Source: an uncultured Parachlamydiaceae bacterium (GTDB lineage: Bacteria; Chlamydiota; Chlamydiia; Chlamydiales; Parachlamydiaceae). From it: 64,000 nucleotides of DNA. This document shows, piece by piece, positions 1 through 10,134 of the stretch; the first letter of the stretch is position 1, and every line of letters begins with the position of its first letter. The position numbers were made by a program, and so were the translations under genes. Location: positions 256,001-320,000 of the forward strand of contig CAVVXH010000010.1 in the NCBI GenBank assembly GCA_963752155.1. The letters run 5' to 3'. Below the pieces are notes generated by a model. That model searched no databases and was not told the origin of the DNA. It worked only from the letters and a program-made list of their open reading frames with translations.

Positions 1-676
1 CTTCAAATTTTTTCCCTGTGGCTTCAGAAAATATGGCAGCAATCTCATAAATATTTAGAGATTCAGTAGAGAACCAGTAATCTTTTCCATGATGCTTTGA
101 GGGACCATCGATTAAAATTTTGCATGTTGCCTCAGCAACATCTTCTAAAGCGATCCATCCCAATTTCTTATCATCGGCATAAAAGGTAACCTTTCCATTT
201 TTTGCCATCCCGTAGAATCCTGTAAAGTTTTGCATAAAACAGTTAGGATGTAGAAAGGTGTAAGGAATACCACTTGCTTTGATGTAAGCTTCGATCATTT
301 GGTGCCAGGCAAAATGGGCATCGTAACAATCAGGTTCCGGAGTAAATACCCCTAGATGAACAATGTGCTTTACTCCAGCTTTCCTGGCAGCATCGACCAT
401 AGCTTTGCTTTGGACAAGCATAGAAACTGAGTATCCTGTCAATAAAAAGAGACTTTCAACTCCCTGGAGAGCAGAAGTAAAGGTTCTAGGATCATCGAGA
501 TCTAGATATACAGCATCCCCATATTTTTCTTTTAATTTAGGGAGCTGTTCTTTTTTTCTTGCTGTTACGCGCATTGAAATGATGTCTTGGTTGAGTAGTC
601 TTTCGGCGATTAGACCGCCGAGTTGTCCTGTGACTCCTAGAATCATTGCAATAGGTTTTTTGTTAGATTTATCCAT
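1..676 (-). CDS. NmrA-like/SDR NAD(P)-binding protein (3' end outside window)
   Basis: Read by hand on the minus strand: MDKSNKKPIAMILGVTGQLGGLIAE (Rossmann GxxGxxG), later HFAWHQMIEAYIKASGIPYTFLHPNCFMQN; GGAGG RBS at 681-685. Confidence 0.8.
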   Translation of the reverse strand, partial: MDKSNKKPIAMILGVTGQLGGLIAERLLNQDIISMRVTARKKEQLPKLKEKYGDAVYLDLDDPRTFTSALQGVESLFLLTGYSVSMLVQSKAMVDAARKAGVKHIVHLGVFTPEPDCYDAHFAWHQMIEAYIKASGIPYTFLHPNCFMQNFTGFYGMAKNGKVTFYADDKKLGWIALEDVAEATCKILIDGPSKHHGKDYWFSTESLNIYEIAAIFSEATGKKFE

Positions 677-823
677 TTTGCCTCCATTTTTGGTAGTGGG
701 TCTATAGAAGCAATGCTATATAGGATTTATAAATAAAATTAAAATCATTAAAAAAACAGCAATTCCTGCTATAAATGTCATGAAAAGTATAATCAACGAT
801 ATCGTCGCAATTCGGAGTATAAG

Positions 824-1147
824 ATGAAGATTATTACAGGTGTTGTTCAGGAAGGAAAAAAAATGGCTCGAACTTTAGGATTTCCAACCGCTAATATTGC
901 CTGCCCTTTGGGACTTAACGAAGGAGTTTATGCTGCAATCACACAGCTTTCAACAGATTCTAAGAAGTGGCGTTCTTTAGCTTATTTGAAGGATGGTATT
1001 TTGGAAGTCTATTTAATCGATGCTGATCTAGATCTCTATGGGTCAACCATTACTGTTCAATTGACCAAATTTATTCGATCTCCAATTCCTTTTACAACTG
1101 CAGAAGCTATGCAAGCACAAATTCAACAAGATTTATTATTTATGTAA
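824..1147 (+). CDS. Stand-alone riboflavin kinase domain protein
   Basis: GKKMARTLGFPTAN, GVYA, EVYLID and FIRSP motifs of the RibF kinase domain; no FAD synthetase domain. Confidence 0.8.
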   Translation: MKIITGVVQEGKKMARTLGFPTANIACPLGLNEGVYAAITQLSTDSKKWRSLAYLKDGILEVYLIDADLDLYGSTITVQLTKFIRSPIPFTTAEAMQAQIQQDLLFM

Positions 1148-1194
1148 TGGTTCAAATAAGGCTCTCATCCTTTATTGCCTTATTTGAAGTTCCT

Positions 1195-2421
1195 CTAATA
1201 TCCTATTGTTTTTGAAACTTCTAAAAGAATCTCAAAAATAACGAATACTGCGAGTAAAAGGAGAGCTATTTTCCCCCCAGGAAACGTGTACGGCGATTGC
1301 ATTCCTAAGCGATAGCGTGCGGTCCATACCATTAAAATCGGAAGTAATCCTAAAAGAAGGGCGCAACCATAACCTCCTGCATAATCTAACGCTGTGAGGA
1401 AGATATGGGGAAATAGATAAGCTATAAAAAGAGCGGGAATAAAAATAAGCAAGCACAAGAGCGTTTTGCCGGAAAGTGATTTTTTTATATTTAAGCCATC
1501 AGCTAAGAAATCCATTAAGCCGAGAGTGACTCCAAAAAATGAAGTAATCAGAGCAAAAAAAGCAAAGTATTGTCCGACGATATAGACGATTGGTGATTTA
1601 ATGAAGTTTTTCAAAGGATGAACAGCATTATCTCCATTGGCTAGGGCTTCGGCGAGTCCTCCAGGACCATGCGTTGGAACAATTCCTTGGATCAACCATT
1701 GCCAAACAATATATGTGACTAGAGGGATGAAACTTCCTATAAGAATTGCTTTTCTTATGCGTTTAACATCGAAATGCATATCATTGACCAAAGTGGGGAT
1801 AATCCCTTGATAGGCAAAGGACGTAAAGGCAATTGGCAAAGCTAAAAGTGATTTCGACCAATCGCGATGTAATAAGAGCTCATTTTGGACAAATCCAAAT
1901 CCAAGGAAAAGAAATGCAAGAAAGGAAATTGCTAATCCTAACATAAATAAAACGTTTATTTTACTTACAAATCGTGTGCCGGCTATGATAAGAGGGGCAA
2001 CAAAAAGGACAAAGATAAATGGTGCTATCCAGCTTGGGATTTGATTCCCTGCAAATTGGGAGATTAAGTCTCCGCATCCGACAATGTAGGCGACAGAGAG
2101 TGAGTAAAATAAAAATAGATAGAGCACCCAAGCAAATGCTTTTCCCCAAAAACCTAGTGTACGTTCTGACATAGAGACAATATTTGCATCCTTATGCATC
2201 CATAGAGAGATTTCCAGAAAAAGTAAGCCGGTGCAAGTCATGAACAACCAGCAAAAAAAGTAAACAGTAATTGAGGGAAGAAAGCCTCCTAAGCTTGTCA
2301 GGACAGGTAAGGCTAGCATTCCTCCGCCAATAGAAGTTCCAGCAACCAATAAAATTCCGTGGAAAGTTGATCCGGTATTTTGTTCCAAAATTGTTCCTTT
2401 TGTTTTCCGAGAGAATAGCAC
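1195..2421 (-). CDS. tyrP: Aromatic amino acid (tyrosine) permease, HAAAP family
   Basis: LLVAGTSIGGGMLALP, SFAYQGIIP and TSFFGVTLGL motifs; multiple TM helices. Confidence 0.85.
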   Translation of the reverse strand: MLFSRKTKGTILEQNTGSTFHGILLVAGTSIGGGMLALPVLTSLGGFLPSITVYFFCWLFMTCTGLLFLEISLWMHKDANIVSMSERTLGFWGKAFAWVLYLFLFYSLSVAYIVGCGDLISQFAGNQIPSWIAPFIFVLFVAPLIIAGTRFVSKINVLFMLGLAISFLAFLFLGFGFVQNELLLHRDWSKSLLALPIAFTSFAYQGIIPTLVNDMHFDVKRIRKAILIGSFIPLVTYIVWQWLIQGIVPTHGPGGLAEALANGDNAVHPLKNFIKSPIVYIVGQYFAFFALITSFFGVTLGLMDFLADGLNIKKSLSGKTLLCLLIFIPALFIAYLFPHIFLTALDYAGGYGCALLLGLLPILMVWTARYRLGMQSPYTFPGGKIALLLLAVFVIFEILLEVSKTIGY

Positions 2422-2520
2422 GATCCTTCCGGAGTGGGTTTTTCAGGGTCGTTCAGGTTCAGTTATCCTTAAATAGTATCATTTTGTTAACGATTAGTCT
2501 AGATTTTCTTGAATTCTTTT

Positions 2521-2544
2521 CGTGTAATCGTGTAATCGTGTAAT
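2521..2544. repeat. 8-bp tandem repeat (CGTGTAAT)x3
   Basis: cgtgtaat cgtgtaat cgtgtaat immediately left of the AACGAT array. Confidence 0.85.
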
Positions 2545-2560
2545 GACGTCTGTAATGAAG

Positions 2561-2887
2561 AACGATAAGAACGATAGGAACGATAAGAACGATAGGAACG
2601 ATAAGAACGATAAGAACGATAAAAATTATAATTGAACATTATCATGATGAACTATCTGATTAAACTGTGTAAACTAAAATTCAAATCATTTATAATAAAT
2701 TGTTGCATTTTAGTTTGCATAGTTTAATTTACACTTCCAAGAGAAACAATAAAAAAGTTTTTATCATCTTCTTATCGTTTTTATCGTTTTTATCGTTTTT
2801 ATCGTTCTTATCGTTTTTATCGTTTTTATCGTTTTTATCGTTTTTATCGTTCTTATCGTTCTTATCGTTCTTATCGTTTTTATCGTT
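2561..2887. repeat. Empty inverted 9-mer array pair, AACGAT family: (AACGATARR)x7 at 2561-2623 and reverse complement x13 at 2771-2887
   Basis: Units read directly; the arms face each other around an AT-rich 147-bp spacer. Confidence 0.95.
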
Positions 2888-3093
2888 GCATCGTGGCAAG
2901 GGGACAAAATATAAATTATCAAGCCCAAATCGAAGCTGAAGATCAACTTGAAATAGCTCCAGATTTAAAAAAAGCAATTAGTTGTTGCAACATATAAACT
3001 GTAAATGATAATATCTAAAATGCGTGATGAATAGAAAATCAAAATATTCAAGATAATATATTAAAATAATTTATTTATACTATGGAGGACAAT

Positions 3094-3552
3094 ATGTCTA
3101 CAGAAGTCGGAGTGAATACACCAGTTCAGCAGTCGTTTGTGAATACTGCTGAAGTAAAAACTAAAGATAGCTGGATGAATCGGTTGGCTAAAGGCGCAAC
3201 AACTCTAGTTTCTACAGCAGTAGGTTTACAAGCAAGTGCAATTGTTTCTGCTTGGGCACCTAAAATTATTCTAGATCGTGCCATTGCCGGAAGTTCTTGC
3301 TGGGCGTGGGGAGCATTAGTCACGGGGCCTGCAGCAGTGAAGGCTTCTGCACCGATAATTACTTTGATGACAGCGGGCGCTGGGGTTGCTGCTACCGCAG
3401 GTACCGCAGCTACGATTGTCTGTGCCGGAAAAATACTCTCTTATGGAGTTAATGCGATTAAAGGTAAACTTGAAGAGCGCAGAATCAGAGAAAGTGAAAG
3501 ATTAGCTCAGAATATATTAGCGAATAATTTCAAAGAGGTTATTGCCGCCTAA
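3094..3552 (+). CDS. Hypothetical Ala/Gly-rich hydrophobic protein, possible secreted/membrane effector
   Basis: ORF 3082-3552; GGAGG RBS precedes ATG at 3094; hydrophobic core and charged C-terminal helix. Confidence 0.65.
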   Translation: MSTEVGVNTPVQQSFVNTAEVKTKDSWMNRLAKGATTLVSTAVGLQASAIVSAWAPKIILDRAIAGSSCWAWGALVTGPAAVKASAPIITLMTAGAGVAATAGTAATIVCAGKILSYGVNAIKGKLEERRIRESERLAQNILANNFKEVIAA

Positions 3553-3565
3553 ACAAGCGGATGCT

Positions 3566-3701
3566 GGCTATGTTCACCTGTACACGAGAAACTTTATTCC
3601 TCCTCTGTGTTCTCTGTGATCTCTGTGGTAAAAAAAAATCTACCACAGAGATCACAGAGAACACAGAGGAGGAATAATTGAGCGAAGAAGTGAACAAGGC
3701 T
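3566..3701. mobile_element. 136-bp MITE with internal CACAGAG(A) inverted 9-mer repeats (copy 1)
   Basis: Ends GGCTATGTTCAC / GTGAACAAGGCT; 8-bp flanks CGGATGCT / TGGATGCT; near-identical inverted copy at 46831-46966. Confidence 0.85.
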
Positions 3702-3841
3702 TGGATGCTCATCCCTTTGCCGCGTCTTAGCCATCCAATTATCCATATGGGTAATTGGATGGTCTCTTTTAAATTCTGGCATTAAATTTGCAGCCATATT
3801 CTAATACTTATATTAATAAGCTTAGCTATAAGGAGGGCAAG

Positions 3842-4021
3842 ATGACTAAATTACAATTATTAAAAAAAATAGCTATACTAGAGTCTATCAATGATCATTT
3901 AAGTACAGAAGTAGCATATATTGATCAACTATTGCGTCTTGTAGGATTTTCAAATGGATTAGAAACTGCAAAATTGACAGCTGAAGAGATAGTAGCTAAA
4001 GGCTTACAAGATGATTTTTAG
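3842..4021 (+). CDS. Small hypothetical protein (59 aa)
   Basis: AAGGAGG RBS then MTKLQLLKKIAILESINDHL...GFSNGLET. Confidence 0.7.
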   Translation: MTKLQLLKKIAILESINDHLSTEVAYIDQLLRLVGFSNGLETAKLTAEEIVAKGLQDDF

Positions 4022-4037
4022 TCAAAAATTTGATCAA

Positions 4038-4758
4038 TTATTTAATAGCTCGACAAAAAGTGAGTGCATAAATTTCTTTAGGACATCCTTCTCTAAGAGT
4101 CTCTGCACATCGTTTAAGTGTCGATCCAGTTGTCATGACATCATCTATAAGAAGAATCGTTTTATCATAAAGTGATGTCTTTTTTTAACACAATGAAGAA
4201 CTATCTAGAGTGCGCTGTTGCCGATTCATTCCAGCCTGACTATAATCTCCACTTTTGCGTTTTAAGAGAAGATGCAATGGTTTATTTAAGAACACGAGAA
4301 ACATTTTCTGCTAATAATTGACTTTGATTATAGCCTCTTTCTATCCAATGGGTAGAAGAAATAGGAACAGGAACGATAAATCCGGTAGCGGCCAATTAAG
4401 TTGAATGAATTGAGCGACTAAAAATGCTCCGGCTCCCTTTGCCAAATAGGGTTGGTTACCATATTTAAGTTTGCGAATGATGGATGCTGGGGGGCCGACA
4501 TAGTCAAAAGCGGCAGCAACATGATTTAATTCACAGGAAATTTAGATCTTTACTTGGCATATAGGACAAGATTTCAGATCAATAGTATACTCAGATGAGA
4601 AGCAATGGGGGCACCGTTCATGGTGGGTCAATCAGTTGTAGCTTTCCCATACATTCATGGCAAAGATAGGATGAATCAATTTCAATCATTTCGCGGCAAT
4701 GGAGACAAAGCGGAGGGAACAACAAATTGCGAAATGATTTCAAGAGAAGAGGTAACAT
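4038..4758 (-). CDS. comF: ComF-family phosphoribosyltransferase-like protein (multiple frameshifts)
   Basis: N-terminal LLFPPLCLHC...CHEC zinc ribbon; RGYNQS and DDVMTTGSTL motifs occur in shifted frames. Confidence 0.75.
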
Positions 4759-4760
4759 TA

Positions 4761-5672
4761 TCAAGGGAAAATGGCTTTCGATAATATTGGAGATGACGGT
4801 TTCGATATGTTGAGCCAATTCAGGATAGTATTTAGGTTCTTTAGCTTTAAGCCAGCGAGCCATCCGACGTGCCACCAGCGCAATGTCATCAGAATAGTAG
4901 GCAGGTTGACGCATGGTCTCTTCGCTTTTAGTTTCCCGACATCGAGGTGAATGGGCATAGCCCCGGCAAACCCAGCATTATGCATGATTCCGTGATCGTG
5001 ATCGTAAATTCCTTTGAGGTATTCAGATAGATAGAGGTCGAAGATTTCTGTGATGCGCAATTTGGCAAGTTCTATTTCATTATTTTCGAGAAGCTCGTGT
5101 AAAACAGTGCGCATAGTTTTAGCTTTGACTTGAACCACAAAAGGGACTGTGTCTAATTCAATGAGTTGAGTTCGCCCTAATTTATCCGTCACAGCTAGCG
5201 ATGGATAGAGTCCTTTGGTTGGATTGAGATGCAAGAAAACAAGCCCACATTCACTTTTATGTTTCATATAAGCGAGATGATATCCTTCAAATACTCCTGC
5301 CATTTTCTTCTCTATCTTTTCCATTTTTTTATCGCGATAGTTGTTAAAAGGTGTCCACGCTGGCAGCCAACTGAGGAGAGGAGAAGGTCTTAGATGCTTA
5401 AACTTGAAAAATTTAATGACATATTTGCCATCTTCAGAACTAAAAGCATAAGATTGAACGCCTTTTCCAATATATGAAAAGCGCTGCTGTAAGATCTCAT
5501 CAAGCTTTGATTGATCAATAGTTGTCAAAGCGGGAACTTCCCATTCTTTTTTTGAGATGTAATCGTTGCTAATGTTGCTAATTCTAAAGTCATCAGTTAG
5601 ATAATAATAGAGCCGACCTATGCCCAAGAGGACAAAGGTCGGTATGAGCAAGTAAATAAATAGTTTCCTCAT
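4761..5672 (-). CDS. Hypothetical protein with N-terminal TM anchor, possibly kinase-like (likely frameshift near 4920)
   Basis: YIGKGVQSYAF..YVIKFFK and HLDVG resemble kinase-fold motifs; the C-terminus appears to continue in the 4618-4914 frame. Confidence 0.55.
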   Translation of the reverse strand: MRKLFIYLLIPTFVLLGIGRLYYYLTDDFRISNISNDYISKKEWEVPALTTIDQSKLDEILQQRFSYIGKGVQSYAFSSEDGKYVIKFFKFKHLRPSPLLSWLPAWTPFNNYRDKKMEKIEKKMAGVFEGYHLAYMKHKSECGLVFLHLNPTKGLYPSLAVTDKLGRTQLIELDTVPFVVQVKAKTMRTVLHELLENNEIELAKLRITEIFDLYLSEYLKGIYDHDHGIMHNAGFAGAMPIHLDVGKLKAKRPCVNLPTILMTLRWWHVGWLAGLKLKNLNTILNWLNISKPSSPILSKAIFP

Positions 5673-8272
5673 CTAATTTTCGGAAATTCCTCTTTTGCTT
5701 TTTATTCTGGAACTACTGCTTGAAGAAGATTCCTTGCTGATTAGAGGAAACACTTCTTGATCGATAAAGATCAACTGATCCCCCTCAACGGTGACGAGGC
5801 AGTGTCTTCCTTCATCAGGATTCAGGAGAACTTTTTCTGCTAGAGGATCTTCAGGAATTGTTCAAGTGTGCGTCTTAAAGGGCGAGCGCCCATTTCAGGT
5901 TGGAATCCTTTTTCGACTAAAAACGCTTTGGCTGCATCATCCAATTCGATCACAATTTGGTGAGAAGCAAGCCTGGTGAGCAGTTTTTTAAGCTCGATGT
6001 TAATCACTTGAAGCAGTGCTGCTCGATCAAGAGGTCTAAAGATCACAACATCATTTAAACGATTTAAAAATTCAGGTTTAAAGGCTTTTTTGACCGCAGC
6101 CAGTATCTTTTCTTTAATATGTTCATAATCCATAGAACCTTCTTGAGCTCCAAAACCCACTTCTGTACTCTTTTTGATAAGATCAGCTCCCAAGTTGGAA
6201 GTCATGATGACAATCGTATTGCGAAAATCGATTTTTCTTCCGAAAGAATCGGTCAAACGCCCTTCTTCCAAAATTTGCAGAAGGAGGTCCATGACATCAG
6301 GATGCGCTTTTTCAATTTCATCAAAAAGAACAACAGAATAAGGACGTTGACGGACTTGTTCTGTCAGTTGGCCCCCTTCTTCATGTCCCACATAGCCTGG
6401 AGGAGATCCTGTCATGCGGCTGACAGCAAATTTCTCCATGTATTCTGACATGTCGACTTGAATAAGAGCATCTTCTCCGCCAAACATATTGATTGCAAGT
6501 AGGCGAGCTAGAAGTGTTTTTCCTACTCCTGTTGGACCTAAGAAGAGAAAAGCTCCAATCGGACGATTAGGATCTTTGATATCGGCTCGGCTGCGGCGAA
6601 TCGCGCGGCAGATGGTGTTTAAGGCTTCATCTTGTCCGATGATACTTTCTCTAAGAATTTCTTCCATTTTAAGACTTTTTGCGTTTCCCCTTCGGTCAAG
6701 GCGATTACATAGGAATGCCTGTTTGTTTTGCAACAACATTGGCGACATCTTCATCTTCGACAATGACTTCATGCTCTTCTTTATTGATTTCCCATTCGGC
6801 ACGAATTTGTTGCAGCTGTTCGCGCAAAGTCTTTTCTTTATCGCGCAATTTCGCAGCTTTTTCATATTCTTGCTTGCTGATGGCATCTTCTTTAGCTAAG
6901 CGCGTCTTCTTCAATTTCAGCTTCATATTTGCTAATGTCTTGAGGTTGATTCATCATGGAGATGCGCATTTTGGCGCCGGCTTCATCGATTAGATCGATA
7001 GCTTTATCGGGTAGGAAACGTCCATGAACATAGCGATCAGAAAGAATTGCTGCAGCTTTAATGGCTTGCAGGAGTATAAAAACATTTGTGATGCTCTTCA
7101 TATTTGCTTTTTAAGCCCATCAAGAATTTCAATTGTTTCTTCCACACTTGGCGGTTGGACCATGATTTTTTGAAAACGTCGTTCTAAGGCAGCATCTTTT
7201 TCAATATGCTTGCGATATTCATCGATAGTGGTGGCTCCGATACACTGCAGTTCTCCGCGTGAAAGAGCAGGTTTAAAATATTAGAAGCATCGATAGCCCC
7301 TTCTGCAGCACCTGCTCCTACAATCGTATGCAATTCGTCGATGAATAAGAAGAACATTGCCATTCTTCTTGATTTCATCCATGACAGCTTTAATGCGCTC
7401 TTCAAATTGACCGCGGTATTTTGTTCCGGCAATCATTAAAGCCAAGATCAAGAGTGATCAATTTCTTTTTGCGCAGATTATCAGGCACTTCTCCTTTGAC
7501 AATGGCTTGAGCAAGACCTTCAACAATAGCTGTTTTACCCACACCGGCTTCACCGACGAGTACAGGATTATTTTTACGGCGGCGGCAGAGAATCAGAATA
7601 AGACGTTCGACTTCTTCTTTTCGTCCAATGACAGGATCCATTTTGCCTTCGCGGCACATTTCAGTCAAATCATGTCCATAAGCTTTAAGGGCAGGCATTT
7701 TGTCGGAAATTGGCATTGCATCCTTTTCATAGGATTTATCGGAAGAGCTTACCGGCACTTGCCCAGCGCAGCTGGGGTGGCCGAGGAGTAGGAGGTGATG
7801 ATTGGCCTCCCTAATAGGAGGAAGTTGTAAATTAAAGGTTTCGAGTTCTTTAAGAACTTCTTTGCGACTTCTTTAAGATTGACATTTAGATTTTCAAGTA
7901 CTTGAGCAGCAACACCATCCGTTTGACGTAATAATCCCAATAAAAGATGTTCGGTCCCGACATAGTTATGATTGAGATTCGCAGCTTCTTCATTAGCATA
8001 TTCAAAAACTTTTTTTACTTTTCCTGTTAAAGCTGGATCGCCATAGACTTGAATTTCAGGACCATAGCCTACAAGTTTTTCAACTTCGCTGCGCACAGTT
8101 TCAAAATCGATGTTTAAGATTGCGCAACACATTGACAGCTACACCTTGACCAAGTTTGAGCAAGCCAAGAAGAACATGCTCTGTTCCCAAGATAATTATG
8201 ATTTAGGCGTTGAGCTTCTTTTTTTGCCAATTTAATGACTTGCTTTGCTCGATTGGTAAATTTGTCAAACAT
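5673..8272 (-). CDS. clpC: ATP-dependent Clp protease ATPase ClpC (fragmented by frameshifts)
   Basis: [12 protein letters not shown] start; [42 protein letters not shown] spread over about 7 ORF pieces. Confidence 0.92.
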
Positions 8273-8366
8273 TTGGTGCTCACTTTACAGCTATTTGTAT
8301 ATATTTAAGATCTTAATTGAATTTTACGAGTTCATGTATTGGGGTGCAACAAGAAAAAAAAAGATG

Positions 8367-8771
8367 TTAAAATTCTCTGCTATAGGCAAGAATTAAAGCC
8401 TTTGCGACGTTAGAGATTTGAGGGTCATGCTCGTTTTTAAGAATGGCGGCTAATTTTAGTCCTTCTTCGTGACGATGGGTCATGAATAGAGCTTTGCACA
8501 TATTTAAAAGAGTTGGAGCGTGATCGCCTTCGAGTTTAAGAGCTTTTTCGAGAAAGACGAGTGCTTTTTTGGGCTCATTCATTTGCAAATAAAGAGCTCC
8601 TGTCGTTTGGGCGTCGTAGGCAGAATTTGGATCCAGTACAGCTAGAGCTTCAAAAAATGACATTGCAATGTCATATTTTCCTTGGCGAATATAGGCATAT
8701 CCGATGTAACGCATTTCATCTAACTGATCTTCAGACCAACCCAATGTATTAAGCCAATTGATTCTTCCCAT
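8367..8771 (-). CDS. TPR protein, putative SycD/LcrH-like type III secretion chaperone
   Basis: TPR-like helices GYAYIRQGKYDIA..FEALAVLDP; small protein. Confidence 0.65.
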   Translation of the reverse strand: MGRINWLNTLGWSEDQLDEMRYIGYAYIRQGKYDIAMSFFEALAVLDPNSAYDAQTTGALYLQMNEPKKALVFLEKALKLEGDHAPTLLNMCKALFMTHRHEEGLKLAAILKNEHDPQISNVAKALILAYSREF

Positions 8772-8777
8772 AAATGG

Positions 8778-9227
8778 TTAGCCTTGTAAAAATTGACCCA
8801 TGCGTCCAACAACATGCTTCAGCCATTGGTTTATTTTAGTAATTCGAGCAAAACAATCTGTGATAGCTTTTCGTTCTTCTTCCTCTTCTTCGGTCTCACA
8901 TTCTTCTTTTGCCAGTTTTTCTTCATTTTCTTCTTGTTCTTTTTCATCGCCCAAGCTGGGCAAAATGCGGGAAAATCCGAATGGAGAGCGTCTTTTACTT
9001 AAAAATCTCACAGGAGGATAAAAATAGGCCCAAGGAGAATTGAAGGGTGTAATTCCTAGAAGGAGATCGATTTCAGTCAGAGTAGGATAAGCATTCATCA
9101 CCTGGATTTGAGGGGGAATACTGCCAGCTTGATCTAGGCGCAATTGCTGATTGAGCTGTTCAATCATGCGAGTTCGAACAGCATAGAGGTTATAAATATT
9201 TAAGTCTAAATTATCAATAGTTGCCAT
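8778..9227 (-). CDS. Conserved chlamydial-type hypothetical protein
   Basis: GGAGG RBS; WAYFYPP motif; acidic stretch; operonic with the TPR gene. Confidence 0.7.
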   Translation of the reverse strand: MATIDNLDLNIYNLYAVRTRMIEQLNQQLRLDQAGSIPPQIQVMNAYPTLTEIDLLLGITPFNSPWAYFYPPVRFLSKRRSPFGFSRILPSLGDEKEQEENEEKLAKEECETEEEEEERKAITDCFARITKINQWLKHVVGRMGQFLQG

Positions 9228-9297
9228 ATAACCCTCCTCTGTTATTTTTATTTTACCAACTCTCTATTAAGTTTGCAAGAGGCCGAATCTTATGCGC

Positions 9298-9350
9298 CAG
9301 GGCATATGAAATCATAATTCTTTAAAACTGTTCTGATTTCATATACCCTG
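9298..9350. mobile_element. 53-bp MITE/IS scar with CAGGG ends (ISAs1-like)
   Basis: CAGGGCATATGAAATCA ... TGATTTCATATACCCTG; ATCTTATG occurs in both flanks. Confidence 0.6.
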
Positions 9351-9362
9351 ATCTTATGTATC

Positions 9363-10052
9363 TTATGCGAGTCTCCACATTGTTTTTCTAAATTCCCAGT
9401 TTTCACTTCCTGACCAAGTCGTTCCCAATGATCCTATGTTAGTCCAAGGATTAATCGTAAGGCGTATTCCTGCACAAAGTTCTTCCACACCATCTAAAGC
9501 GGATAAATATTTCATTGCATGATCATTAAGACCGGGAGAATTACCTACTGTAGCGGTTGCAAAAGCAGTCAAAAAAAGTCCATAAGCTAATTCAATTGTT
9601 TTTGTAACAGCAAGTAAGGTTGTACCAAAAAGAAAGCAACAACGTGAAGCGATATGTTTTCTTAAATTGGGATTAGCCTGATTATCAGCCTCTTCAACTC
9701 CTTTTTTAAGGATAGGATAAGCAATTGTTTGGGTAAGAAGCCCAACAAATTTTCCTCTCGATTCAAAATTTTCGATGAACTCCATTCCTTTACTATAAGG
9801 ATTGAAAAATCGAATTGTTATAAAAAATAGACTTGGTAATAAAAGTTGCGCATCAAAGATACTGCTAAATCCTTTGTTTGCGAATCTATTTATTTTCGAT
9901 TTTCCAGTGGAAAATAAGGATAGGGCTGAGCCTGCAATTTTGGCAATTGTGTTACCTGCTGATAATAAAAAAATACTACTCCCATCAAGGAGACTAGGAA
10001 TCGATTTTTGTACCCAAGCATCTTTAAATTCAGTTAATGAAAAATTATGCAT
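9363..10052 (-). CDS. Hypothetical membrane protein, tandem paralog A
   Basis: 229 aa; collinear and highly similar to 10135-10821. Confidence 0.8.
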   Translation of the reverse strand: MHNFSLTEFKDAWVQKSIPSLLDGSSIFLLSAGNTIAKIAGSALSLFSTGKSKINRFANKGFSSIFDAQLLLPSLFFITIRFFNPYSKGMEFIENFESRGKFVGLLTQTIAYPILKKGVEEADNQANPNLRKHIASRCCFLFGTTLLAVTKTIELAYGLFLTAFATATVGNSPGLNDHAMKYLSALDGVEELCAGIRLTINPWTNIGSLGTTWSGSENWEFRKTMWRLA

Positions 10053-10094
10053 ATTTACCTGCTTTTTAAAAGAAATTATTTATTGATTTGTTTT

Positions 10095-10123
10095 ATTATA
10101 GCAGTTTTGTTAATTAAATACAA
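10095..10123 (-). promoter_or_regulatory. Sigma70/66-type promoter of paralog A
   Basis: TTGTAT-17-TATAAT on the minus strand; homologous TTGAAT-16-TATGAT upstream of paralog B. Confidence 0.55.
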
Positions 10124-10134
10124 GTCTAAAGTCT

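Noticed and set aside
363..707. Plus-strand 114-aa ORF and other short antisense ORFs in the track
   Set aside because: Shadows of well-supported genes on the opposite strand, here the NmrA-like gene.
2700..2977. ORFs with (LSF)n, (NDK)n and (TIK)n repeats
   Set aside because: Translations of the 9-bp array, open on both strands only because the unit length is a multiple of 3; no independent coding evidence.
3594..3797. ORFs ending TTEITENTEEE (and 46739-46933 ending PQRSQRRNN)
   Set aside because: Translations of the CACAGAG MITE.
4618..4914. Apparent fusion ORF of the upstream protein tail and ComF N-terminus
   Set aside because: Falls in the indel-rich zone, so the frame junction is unreliable.
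5673..8272. Programmed frameshifting or true pseudogenisation of clpC
   Set aside because: Too many scattered indels with otherwise intact motifs; sequencing error is more parsimonious.
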